From: Chiloscyllium plagiosum
Lineage: Eukaryota
Direction: 5' to 3'
Length of the DNA: 39,379 nt
Assembly (NCBI RefSeq): GCF_004010195.1
Contig: NW_025215025.1
Coordinates: forward strand, 1-39,379
In this document: positions 13,008 through 24,079 of the stretch, piece after piece
How the letters are laid out: each line of letters begins with the position of its first letter
Numbering within the stretch: position 1 is the first letter of the stretch
Translations under genes and position numbers: made by a program
Notes under the pieces: model-generated
Seen by the model: the letters and a program-made list of their open reading frames with translations, nothing else
Told to the model about the DNA's origin: nothing
Databases searched by the model: none

Positions 13008-13790
13008 GTGTGGACACAGAACTCAAATTATGCAGTCCGAGTTCTATCTTCCTCATCACATACCATAACACTCAAGCAGGGAAGTGTCCTCCCATCAGTC
13101 CGGCAATACAATCTATCACCGTCGGCAACAGTGGGAATCAAATCAGTCATTGATTCCATCTTAAAATATGGCGTCTTAGTGCCTACGACCAGCGCCTGCA
13201 ATATCCCTGTGCTGCCTATACCAAAAACCACGAGGTCAGGGGTATTGCACTTCACTCATGACCTACGGGAAACCAATTCTGTCGTTTTTACCTGCTCGCC
13301 GGTGGTCCCTGAAACTAATGTCATTCTCAACAGTATCCCTGCATCGGCCACTTGCCTCTCTGTTGTCGTCTTCTTTTCAGCCTTTTTCTCCATGAAATTA
13401 TCCCCTGAGAGCGAGGACATTTTTCTCCTTTACTTACCATCGCTGGCAGTGTACATGCATGCGGCTTGCGCAAAGGTATACCCCACTATGTATGCCTCTG
13501 CATACAACGGACGCGTGCAACTCTCCACTTTCCAAGCCAAAGCAAGCTCCTTCTGTGGGCTGATGATTTATTAGTGGTCTTTACCTCCACTGATTCATGC
13601 AGACAGGACACTGTTCTCTTATCTCATTGCCTGACTCAGGATGGACACAGAGTCTGTATGGACAAACTGCAACTCTGTCAGAAGAAAATACAATACCTGG
13701 GATATGAACTCTCACACAGTATCAGAGCACTGTCTAAGGAGCAGGTGACAGCCATTACTAAGGTCTCCCCAAACGGACCCAGATGTCAGA
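13008..13790 (+). pseudogene. pol: ERV reverse transcriptase (frameshifted)
   Basis: PSVRQYNLS..GIKSVIDSILKYGVLVP..SACNIPVLPIPK..HDLRETN..PVVP..SAFFS, then LLWADDLLV (degenerate YxDD) and KLQLCQKKIQYLG. Confidence 0.92.
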
Positions 13791-14170
13791 CCCTCATACC
13801 ATCAGACACTGGCACAGTACGCCATCCGCATCCCCTGTGAGACTCTTCTGTCTGCTGCGCTACCGGATCAGACATCTCCACAAGCTGCGGAACTGCTCGC
13901 TCTTATTATCTTTGAAGACACCTCAGCCAACATTTATTCGGACTCCAGATATACATTCGGAGTCGTCCACGACTTCGGCAATATCTGGAAGCCAGAGGAT
14001 TTATTACATCAGTAGGGAAGCCATTTCACCACACTCAGTAAATTGCTGAAAGCAATCCTCCTACCCTCTGTCGTGGCTGATATATAGTGTGCTGCTAACA
14101 TCGCTGCCAGTGACTCCATCACTCGCCGAGATACCTCCGCTGACACAGCAGCTCCTGAAGCTATTTACAA
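13791..14170 (+). pseudogene. pol: ERV RNase H remnant (RT thumb/connection region deleted upstream)
   Basis: YAIRIPCETLLSAALPDQTSPQAAELLALI, ANIYSDSRYTFGVVHDFGNIWK and LLKAILLP. The VVHDFG signature is typical of epsilon-like RNase H. Confidence 0.88.
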
Positions 14171-14389
14171 CTCCACTACAGTCGTACTGCAGACCCGCAG
14201 GATACGGGAGGCTCCAGAATCACTTTGACGCCACTGACACTGTACGAGTCGCTAAACAGGCTGCTCCAACGGTGGATAAGGTCCGTTGGATCCGCCGCGG
14301 GGCTTGGGAATCACCATTTCGACAACTACTGATGCACCCCATAAGGCGATCTTATCTGACCCAATACCCACCTCCATGTACTAGATCTG

Positions 14390-15270
14390 GAAGCCCACAG
14401 CATTGACCACACAGCGAAGCGGGGGATGATACATGTGGACAGGTAATCTCGGTATGCGATGGGATTTGCTGCCTTGGCCCCAACCCTACTGTCACGCGGT
14501 ATGATTTGGCTCCAAAACATTGCGGGTTAGCCGAAAGCCAATTATGACCATCTACCTATTCCTGAGGGACCCTTCACCCACCTAGAAGACATTTGTTAAA
14601 GAATAAACTCCTAAACAAGGCTTTAAATATATTTTGGTGATTACTGGTATGTTACGAAAGAATGTGGAAGCATTCAACACGAAAAATGATGACGTGAGGA
14701 CAGCGTGTAAATTTCGGATGAAAGGTGTTATTTCCATCTTCAGAATCCAGGCTAACATTTAAATTGATGAGTGGACCTGGGAATATCATGGAATCATCAC
14801 AATCCATATCAGCTCCAGTTATCAGGTGAAACGGATGAATGGCATGCTTATAACTATCCTACTAACATTATCCAGGAATCAGGTCTGTCCTGGCCAGATG
14901 CCTTGCTTTAGCCCTTTACACAATACGTGGCAAGTTAAACTGGAGCACGGGGCTCACGCTTTTCGGGGTTCTTACGGGAAGACCCCTGCCGACAGTGACC
15001 AGGCTCACAAAACTCCCCACAGGTACAGCCCTACTCCTGACCCAGGAGACCCTGCTGGATTACGTTCAAGCTCTTAACAGGGCCATTAACCTTAACCATG
15101 ATTTGGGAAAGGCAGCAGTGCCAACACTCCACCGTGAGTCACTTCATACTTTCTAACCTGGGCACTACATAATGATCAATTCACTGGAAAAAGATACTCT
15201 CATCGAATTGGAAAGGTTTCTGACAACCCGGACAACTGTCAAATTGAATAGAAAACCAGCATGAGACCTG
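14390..15270 (+). pseudogene. pol: ERV integrase remnant
   Basis: HSIDH (HHCC start), GPFTHL, NVEAF and SSYQVKRMNGML (degenerate QSSGQVERMNG). Confidence 0.75.
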
Positions 15271-15350
15271 CTGCAAGCGAACTCCACCGCAACCCGCAAC
15301 AAACAGGAAACACAGCAAAAGTCAGCTCTGCTCCCTGAGGAAATTTCCAG

Positions 15351-16644
15351 TTGACCGCCGCTATACTGATCATTTCTCTCCTCACCCTGATCATCCTGCC
15401 ACGGGATGATTGGAAGCGGGGGCATGTAGTGAGAAATTTTATGTGTTCACGAGTTCTGGGTCAAGCCGATGAGATGTTGTGTTTACGCGCATGCCTCCAT
15501 GCACTCCCAAGAGTAAATTCCCCTGAAACCCATCCCCTTCAAGGAATCAGAAATCAATGGCGGCTGGAACGCGAGAAGTCCTCGAAGTAACCTCTCTCAG
15601 CTTGTCACCGGGAATGGAAAGTTACGGGTGTAAATGTGTGGCCCACTGGAAACCCGCAGGGTACCCATTAAAAAAGTTTTGGGATGGTTCTCCGCTTATG
15701 CAATGTTTCCAACGATCCCCCGGCACTACCCCTCACAGACTCGACCAGAAAGCGCAAACCCCTGTAATCTATCAGCCTCAAAAACAGCCATCCAATCAGA
15801 TGGAATGCCGGCTGGCGCCAGTGCATGAACTCGTTGCTCCTCATCCCTGCAGCAATTTAGTCCACAGCAGAAGACAGTTTACTGATCCTTCACATCTTCA
15901 ACGTTACCAGCCAAAACACCCCTTCACCAAAAGCTAGAGAGAGTTCCAGACCGACCACTTGAGAATCTATAGTTGTCCTTATGCTATTTGTGGCCACAAA
16001 GCCTACCTTTCATTATCCTGTCCCAGGAGCTGTTATGTTGCACATGCGGTGCAGTCCCATTTGCATATCATTTCCAGTCTGTCCCTTTTGCGACGCCACC
16101 ATATCACAGGAAGCAAAGCCTCACCAATCTTGACCTTGTTCTCTCTGTCCTTTCACCCAAATATGCAACCATTCGATTCAAAATAAAAACTTATAAGCTG
16201 GCCCCCACCTTGGAGGAGGAAGCCAACGACCAGCTGAATGCCAAAACTGTTGGCATCCCCAATGTGACCCTGCAAAACTGGATGATCCAGGATTATTTGT
16301 TGTTCGAGAAAGTGGGCGCATGCACCCTCATCGTTTCCGATTGCTGCACTTACATACCCAAACCCAGTAAGGACATCAGTAACCCAGCCTGGCATTTCCA
16401 ATACGCTACCGCTGCACTGCTCAAACAAAAACCGAAATGGGACCTATGGAACTGGGCAAGAACTGTGACAGTTTTCCTGGGGTACAGCCTTGCTACAGGG
16501 ATTCATATTCGTCATTACTATCATCGTCGATATTGCACTTCTTGCATGGCTATTAAAATGTGTTTAAATCGCCAGCGTTTGTGCTTCAAGGTGCTACCCC
16601 CGTCATGCTTACCATGCATCAATGAAGGCTCACCCGAACAATAA
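15351..16644 (+). pseudogene. env: ERV env remnant, gamma-type
   Basis: Hydrophobic signal-like ILIISLLTLIIL; degenerate CXXC (CCVY..H...IPL); TM immunosuppressive domain LQNWMIQDYLL followed by CX6CC (CTLIVSDCC-TYIP). Confidence 0.88.
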
Positions 16645-16784
16645 CTTTGCAACTGACACGGAATAGGCAGCTTTGGACTCGGACTCCAAATACTACCCAA
16701 CTGATGCTGGCCCGACCGTGTCAGATAACCCCCGGTTCTTGCGACACACCCCCTTTACCTCAAATCCAGTTATCAGACAAAAAC

Positions 16785-16798
16785 AAAAAAAGGAGGAA
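16785..16798 (+). promoter_or_regulatory. Polypurine tract
   Basis: aaaaaaaggaggaa immediately before TGT at 16800. Confidence 0.75.
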
Positions 16799-16799
16799 T

Positions 16800-17465
16800 T
16801 GTCAGAGAAAAAAAAACCTACTCTGCCTGCCCACTACTTGTTTGCAGAAGCCATGTCCGTTATTAACTAAACACAACATACGTAAAATGCCTCAAATTGA
16901 CCACGATCAGCTAAGTAACAAAACAGCAAAACAAGCCATTTTCTAAACAGCTTCCAGACTCAATGAATACACTCCTTGGATGATCTGACAACAGTATTCC
17001 GAGCTCACAATCGCATCACCTCTACCGAAGTGATGCAAGAACATCCCCAGTCGCCTCAAGTACTGAACCACACAAAGCCGACCTAGACTGAGTGACACCT
17101 GATTCGACGGAAGATTGCACACCACCCTGCATAAGCATTGAAACGAGGATACTGGAGATGAGCACCTGCACCAGACGAGGAACGGACACCCCTGTTACAA
17201 TTACATTCTTTTTTCCATTCAATATAATTGAATTCATATTGTCTTGGAATTAACAATGCACGACTGGAACACGGATGTAACACTATGCACACTACTTGTA
17301 TCTACAACACGGGATAGAGAATCCTGGAATTACTTGTGCAGTGTGTCCATGCTGTCCCATTCCTATCAATTTCTCTTGCCCATGATATCGTCAGAAATAA
17401 ACCAGTATTTGTCTATTTCACAGATCTGTGTGTGACCTCTCTTTGTCATTGACCTTTCTCCACCA
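16800..17465 (+). mobile_element. ERV 3' LTR
   Basis: Starts with TG after the PPT, has AATAAA at 17396-17401, and ends ...ctttctccaCCA near 17465. The right boundary is approximate. Confidence 0.7.
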
Positions 17466-17848
17466 GTATTGCTTTGCCATACATAAAATACTTCGTTTAC
17501 CAGTTTTTCTGTTCAGTGCCAATCAATAGATGAAATTACATATTCGCATTTGTCTGAACTGAATCTCATCGGGACACTCCCAGTCTACAGTCTGGCCAGC
17601 TATACCTGTTTCCAGGATGGTTTCTGCTTAGACTCTGTTCAATTAAGCCTTATTGTCCTAAACAACCCCATTGTATTTATTCAGTAACGGTGCTGGTGTC
17701 AAAAAACACAGACTCTTCAAATTTTCTGTGCATTTGTCTACAACGTGGTTTGACAATAGATTTCATAGCAGACAAGAGAATTCATTCGGCACAAAGACAA
17801 ATACGTTCCTTTGGAACAAACAAGCTCTGAAAATGATTGCTGGCAGCC

Positions 17849-17854
17849 TTTATT
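17849..17854 (-). terminator. Candidate polyadenylation signal of the cathepsin-like gene
   Basis: tttatt on + (AATAAA on -), about 280 nt after the stop codon. A second candidate is at 17676-17681. Confidence 0.45.
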
Positions 17855-18130
17855 ATATTGTTGGACATCAGCATTACATGCAGATTATTGTCTTCCACAA
17901 GCTGGAGAATGTATTCACTGTATCATTTACAGTGGCTATATGTATCAATCAGACAATGCCTTTGGTTTTATATGAAGCGATAGAAATGTGCAAAAATCGT
18001 TAGTATTTCATTTTTTAAAATTTGCAGCAGACAATATAAGCAATGTCCTTGAATGAGTCAGCATTAACAGAAAGAGTTCGGTTTTTCATTCAGCTGGGAT
18101 TGATGAAGCTCTGCTTTATCAGTTGGCTCG

Positions 18131-18230
18131 TTACACGACAGGGTACCGCACAAAACTGGCAATTTCACAGTGATTCCCTCTATCCTTAGCAATTTTGATG
18201 TACCCGTCTTCACCCCAGTCTGTTCCCCAG
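18131..18230 (-). CDS. Cathepsin K/S-like (papain C1A) gene, last coding exon
   Basis: Acceptor tattttccAG; reads (S)[32 protein letters not shown] with TAA at 18131-18133. Confidence 0.96.
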
Positions 18231-18896
18231 CTGGAAAATAAGAAAATCCATTGGTGTTGGAATCAAAACGCTAATAAAAGAGACATGTTTGAAGAAGCAT
18301 CTGTTTTAACTCTGGTCTACAATTGGAATTATTTTAGGGACTGAATTCTGGAATTACTGAGCTAGATAATGGGTTGTAAAGAATAAGTTGCATCGGGATG
18401 GAAAGTGTCAATTGTTTTCTTTTACATCAATTGCTGATCTGTACAGTCCGTATGGACTCACTACAACATTTAAAATGGCATGAGGTGAGATCTTTATCAG
18501 GGATAGGTCTGCAGCTGGAGTAGATATGAAGGGGAAAGTGAATAGGGACGGAGGAGAGCAGTATATATGGCCTCCTGGAGATTTTCTTCTTGCCGTATGG
18601 AGGAGGAGATTTTCTCAGAGTTTTTTTTACCATCATCGTTCTGAGATTGCCTGCTACAGGATATAGTCTGTGCAGAGTATGAGTTGATTTGGGCACAGGT
18701 TACCCAGTGTCTCCTGAACTGCAACGATACCTCGGCCTTAAAATTCCATATCCGGTTACCCTGCCCAAATCACATTTCCAGCTTTACCAAACTGTTCCAG
18801 CACCCATTCCACTGTAATACTATCTACCTTATTAAACAACAATGTCTATGTGTTTATAAGCCACCAACATACTTTTTCCTCTGGGAAATCATGTAG

Positions 18897-18965
18897 AAAT
18901 GTGTGTATGTGTCAGTGTGCGTGTGTGTCTGTGTCTGTGTGTGTGAGTGTGTCTCTGTGTGTGTA
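18897..18965. repeat. Imperfect (TG)n microsatellite
   Basis: gtgtgtatgtgtcagtgtgcgtgtgtgtctgtg... Confidence 0.85.
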
Positions 18966-19089
18966 TATTCACCCGAACCACAGGACTTATTTCATCAAAC
19001 ATTTTGTATCTAATCTGGCCCTGAAGACGTGACTGCTTCTTTCAAGCCTGACTGCCATGATTGTAATAACGGCAGCCAGCGACGCCTCA

Positions 19090-20155
19090 TAGAATAAATC
19101 GCTGAAAGGAGACAGACGGTGGTAGTTGACGGAAAATATTCATTCTAGAGTTCAGTTACTAATGAAGTACTACAAGGATCAGTTTTGGATCCTATTTTTT
19201 TAGTCGATTTTTATATAAATGAACTGAACGAGAGCACAGAAGGATGGTGGATTAATATGCGGATGACATTAAGTTCGTTAGAGTTACTAAGGTTGTATGG
19301 ATTGCGGAGATAGCGAGATAAGCTGAAGAGCTATGACGAAAGGTGGCGAATGCAGTTTAACGTGGAAAAGTGTGAGGTGATTCAGTTTGGAAGGAATCCA
19401 ATGTAATGTGCGAAGAGTCAGATTCGTGCTTGTGTAGATGAGCACAGAGATCTCGGTGTCGAGGTACATCGATATTTGAATGTTGCCTCCCGGGTTGATA
19501 GGGTTATTGAGATAGCATATGGTGTGTTAGCTTTGATTGATAGGGGGATTCAATTTCGGAAATAGGAGATCATGCTTCAAGCCGGACTAAACTCTGTTGC
19601 AACTATATTCTGGGTAATGTGCACAGTTCTGGTCACCATATTACAGGAAGAATGTGCATGCTTTGGAACGGGTTCAGATGAGATTTACTGGGAAATCGCC
19701 AGTTATGGAGGGAGATATTAAAAGGAAAAGCTGTGGGAGTTAAGGCAGTTTTCGTTAGGAAAAAGTTTGACAGGTGAATTAATTGAGACACATAAGTTAA
19801 TTAAAATATTTGATAGGTTGGATAGTGAGAGGCTTTTTTCCTTGAATGGCGATGGCTGGCAGGAGGGCTTTAAAATCAACAGTGATAGATATTGGACAGA
19901 TGTCAGAGGCAGCTTCTTTCCTCAGATTGTTGTCGGGGATTGGAACTCTGCCTGCAACAGTCGAGGTATTGCCACATTTCAGAGTATTTAAATGGTCATT
20001 GGTCAGGCATATGGACGAGAATGGAATAATGTTTGTTATATGGACGGGAATGGAATAGTGTTTGTTACATGGGCTTCAGATTGGTTCCACAGGTCGGCGC
20101 AACATCGAGTGTTAAAAGGCATGTACTGGGCTATAAAGGTCTATGTTCTACGTTC
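19090..20155 (+). mobile_element. Decayed CR1 LINE 3' part (intronic)
   Basis: Degenerate VPQGSVLGP (gtactacaaggatcagttttggatcc), ADD motif (tatgcggatgac) and CR1 3' tail ctatgttcta. Confidence 0.82.
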
Positions 20156-20657
20156 CAGAATTGGGGCTGTTAATCTGATCCCATCAGTGCCCTAGTGACA
20201 AGTGGTTAGAGCTTTGTCCTTGTATCCCTGTGAACAGGTTGTACAGTTGGGTTTGGGATCTGACTGTGCCGCCCATTTCACCAGTAACTTGTTTTTCTGT
20301 TGTGTATAGCTGTTAATTTTAATTGTATGTTTGTAATTTGTACTGGTAAGTTTAAAAAATTGTTGTGATTCAGGGATAATGACACTCTGATTCCTGCCTC
20401 TGTATGAAGCAATCCTTCACACAAGAACCGTACACTTGTAAGTGCAGCGTTACTTGGTGATGGGATACCTGCCTCAGACTTTCTTTAGATATCATCTCAG
20501 ACAGCACAACCATTAAGCATTCAGTTCCAGATAAACACAGTGTTACGTGCTCGCTGAACAGATACACAGTTTGCAGCACAGAGACAGGAAATTAATTCCA
20601 TGTCACGGTCCCTTCTCCGTCTGTGATCAGGTGTTTTTTATTTCATAGAGTACGGAC

Positions 20658-20760
20658 CTGTTTTTAACCAGCCAATAGTTCATTCCATCCTCAATTCCAA
20701 AACCAACCACCAGCACTTCATCGGTTACATATCCATTGCAATTTTCATCATAGTAAACTC
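20658..20760 (-). CDS. Cathepsin K/S-like gene, exon with the His159/Asn175 region (His replaced by Asp)
   Basis: ctccttacAG|...|GTccgt, 103 nt; (G)VYYDENCNGYVTDEVLVVGFGIEDGMNYWLVKN(S). Phases 1 and 2 fit the neighbouring exons. Confidence 0.96.
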
Positions 20761-20974
20761 CTGTAAGGAGACACATATTAAATGGTTTATCTGTGAAATA
20801 TTCAATTCGTGTTAATTTAGCTTTGATTAATGAACACTGACGTGTCTGTTTTTACTAACTGTCTTCAAATTGATCGTCCTCACTCCGCACCATTACATCT
20901 GTTGACTTTAATCAATGTTTCCCAATGACATCGCCTCTGCCATTCTCACTTCCTCTCGGCACAGCCTTCAAAGT

Positions 20975-21378
20975 CATTGAGTTTTATAGCGTAGAAATGC
21001 TTCGATCCTTCGATCGAAATCGTCCATGCTGAGCACAAAACCTCAACCAATCTAGTCCTATTTTCCAGCACTTGGCCAATATCCCTGTAAACCATTCCTG
21101 TTCATGTACCCATCCATATGCCTTTTCTATTGTTGTATTTGTATCGCTCTCCACCACTTCCTCTGGTATTTCATTCCAGACACGTACCATGCTCTGTGTG
21201 CAAACATTGCTCCTCAGATAACTTTTAAATCTTTCCTTTCTCACCTTAAACATATGTTCTCTCGTTTTGGACTCTCCTTCTCTTTATTCGTCCCATACCC
21301 ATTATTGTTTATGAACCTCCACAAGCTCACCCTTCAGTCTCTGTCGTACCAGCGAACAAGGCTGCAGTCTTTTCAGCC
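20975..21378 (-). mobile_element. CR1 LINE 3' fragment
   Basis: ORF 20984-21253 (FKVRKERFK...VRVWNEIPEEVVE) matches the CR1 ORF2 C-terminus. Confidence 0.8.
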
Positions 21379-21379
21379 T

Positions 21380-21525
21380 AAGGCGAAAGTACGGACTGCA
21401 GATGCTGGAGATCAGAGTCCAGATTAGACTTAATCTGGAAATGCACAGCAAGTCAGGCAGCATCTGAGGAGCAGGAAAATCGACTTCATCAGGAAGGGCT
21501 TTTGCCCGAAACTCGATTTTCCTCT
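21380..21525. mobile_element. Penelope-like terminal fragments in inverted arrangement
   Basis: Minus copy (gcagatgctggagatcagag...gaggagcaggaaaatcgac) abuts a plus copy (aagggcttttgcccgaaac). Confidence 0.7.
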
Positions 21526-21953
21526 TAATCCAGATACAGTGAGTGAAGCGTCTTCAGTTTACAATTAAAAAAACGTTGACATGTGCAGTCACTCAGCAGC
21601 ACATCAGGACAGTTACACCTCACTATCAGTTCTCTTAGCTACAGCACGACGTTTTGAGCTATTTGCATCACTCCGAATGGGAGCAGGTCCATTTCTCATT
21701 ACCACTCCTGAGCTCAGTTTGTAGCATGATCTAACTTTAACTCGATGATATCTGACAGCACTGGACGGCATGGAACACGGGGGGAGTGCAGGCAGGAACA
21801 ATGGTAAGGGTCATGGTCCATGGTAAACATTGCAGTAATATTAATACCAAAATAGTGACAGTAAATGTGTCTGTAGATGTATGATTTCTAATACATTATC
21901 TTGAACAGTCGATATTATGATTCAAAGACATCATCCAGTGCTCTGCGACTTAC

Positions 21954-22119
21954 CTCCTTTATAATGTTGAAAGGATTTCAGACTTGCATTAATCACAACA
22001 GACATCGGTCCTATCTCTCTCACAGCCTGTTCCAATGCTGCCTCGCCTCCCCAAACCCATTTGTAGTCAGTGATTTTCGCAGCAATTTTATCTGGCTGAA
22101 ATCTGCAGTAGTCTGTATC
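21954..22119 (-). CDS. Cathepsin K/S-like gene, internal exon
   Basis: aaatttAG|...|GTaagt, 166 nt; DTDYCRFQPDKIAAKITDYKWVWGGEAALEQAVREIGPMSVVINASLKSFQHYKG(G), homologous to AV..VGPVSVAIDASL.SFQFY. Confidence 0.95.
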
Positions 22120-22269
22120 CTAAATTTTAAATAAAATGTTCAAAAGGAATACTCATTAAGATCATAATAAAGCTCTTTTTTTCTTTGCTTGACACTTTTC
22201 TGCATTCCGACTGTGTCAGCCAATTTATTTTCCCAAACCTGTGCGATATTTGTTCACTATTTGTTTAGA

Positions 22270-23330
22270 AAAAGGCACATTTTGCGTGACCTAGCACCAA
22301 AACAAACCATTTGTTCCAACTCGTCCACACCGGTCACATATCCTGACATATTGTCGTCCCATTTTCGACCACTTGTCCCTGAACACTTCCAATCCATATA
22401 CCCATCTCCGTAACTTTATAATTTTGTAATTGTACCAGCCTTCGCCACTTCTTCAGGCAGGTCATTCCATACATACGTGATCCACGGCGCGAGACAGTTA
22501 CAACTCAGATCATTTTTAGGGTTTTCTTGTGTCATACGTAATATTTACTGCTCAATGTATTCGAAACATTCTACACTTAGACCAAGCAATGGTATTACAA
22601 ATGACTTGAAATGTGAGAAAATAAAAAAAAGTACTTTGCCTTGACAACTCAATATCCCAATCAAGCTCACCATCTAGTTAGCTCATACAGAAACTACATT
22701 AGAACGAGTTGAACCTCTTCACAGTTTTCGGTCGACTTATCTGAAACTTGTGATCATACATTAGTGAATTAAAATCTTCACATACAGATAACCGTTTCCC
22801 GAACCGTCAATAATTACATCATTAGAGTCATTGGATTACAACTAATCAGTATGAGTCACAGAACCTATTCAAATATTTCCCCTTTCATCTTAAGGCTCCG
22901 CTCTCTCGGTTTGGACTCCGATCCCATGGCTAAAACATTCTGCTCTTCACCCGATTCATGTATTTCATGATTTTACAAACCTTGATAATATCATCCCTCA
23001 GCCTCTGTTCCTCCGCTTGCAGAAAAGCCCCAGCCTAATCAGTCTCTCCCGATAACTGAAACCCAATCCCAGCAACATCCTTGTCAATATTTTCTGCACC
23101 CTGTGAAAGTTAACAACATCCTCCCCTTAACAGAGCAGCCAAACATGTGGACAGTTTTACAAAAGTGGCCTCACCAATGTCCTGTACAGCTGCAATACGA
23201 CGTCCCAATACCTGTATCAATGTTTTGAACAATAAAGGTAACTGTGACAAATGCCTCCTCCACCATCCTATCTATCCTCGGCTCCACTTCCAAGGAATTA
23301 TACACCTACACCCCTCGGCCTTTCTGTAAA
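22270..23330 (-). mobile_element. CR1 LINE 3' fragments (two pieces, ~22270-22530 and ~22880-23330)
   Basis: Share motifs with the CR1 at 4050-4750 (tgtaattgtaccagcc, aaaagccccagcctaatc, ccaatgtcctgtacagctgcaa). Confidence 0.7.
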
Positions 23331-23639
23331 TTCTTGCATGTTGGAAATGATGGAGTATATTGATTGTCTAAAGTATGGCCTCAATACCCGTGTTTAAACG
23401 AAAATTGGAAAATTATAAATATGGTGACTTTGCAGAGTGTTGCTACTGTCTGATGGAGTGAAGATTCTGGTCAATAATTTTCAATTACTTCTCACCAATG
23501 TTGCAGTTACTTCAGCTTCAGGACACAGGGCAGAATATGATGCCAACTCTGGGGTGAGATTGATACTGGGAGCGATATTGAAATGGGTGGTTGTGTGTAA
23601 CAGGAGGGATTGCCACATTCACCCAGATTTAATTCCAAG

Positions 23640-24062
23640 CTGGCTTAAAATGTCGTTGTGGCAGAGTGTGTCGCGTTCATTCCCTATTCAAACTTGGCTT
23701 GGAGAAGGTGTGATGAGCTGCCTTCCAGAACATTTGCAGAATTTTTAATTGGAACTATTCTGTTCGAGAAGGAGTTCAAGGCTTTTGACCCAAAGTCGGT
23801 GACGGAATGACAATAAATCTCTGAGCCCGGATGGTGAGTGACTTGAGGGGATGTTGCAGGGAGTGGTGTTAACTGTATCTGCTGCCCTCCTTGGGGGAAG
23901 TGGCCTTCGGTTTGGAAAATTCTGTCTACAGTCCATCAGTCAACTTCACAGCTGTAGCTCGTGGATTGTACATACTGCTCTCACTTTGTGATAATATTGG
24001 AGGGAATTAATATTTGTGGATTTGATGCCAGACAAATGGAGTGAATGTCCTGGATGGTGTCA
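23640..24062 (-). mobile_element. Degenerate non-LTR retrotransposon 3' fragment (CR1/L2-type)
   Basis: Resembles common shark LINE ends (ggagaaggtg...gagctgcc, gggatgttgcagggagtggtg). Recalled only. Confidence 0.45.
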
Positions 24063-24079
24063 AACCTACTTCGTGTCAA

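Larger units (their letters stand above)
11809..17465 (+). mobile_element. Decayed class I (epsilon-like) endogenous retrovirus: gag(NC)-pro-pol-env-3'LTR
   Basis: Colinear NC, PR, RT, RNase H, IN, env, PPT and LTR remnants (see sub-features), with many stops and frameshifts. No matching 5' LTR is visible. Confidence 0.92.

Noticed and set aside
15973..16644. Domesticated (syncytin-like) env gene
   Set aside because: Env is split over several frames with stops, and the CXXC, furin and ISD motifs are degenerate.
21613..21801. ORF with NGPAPIRSDA resembling the cathepsin GPVSVAIDA motif
   Set aside because: The true exon with GPMSVVINA and proper splice sites is at 21954-22119; this match is superficial.
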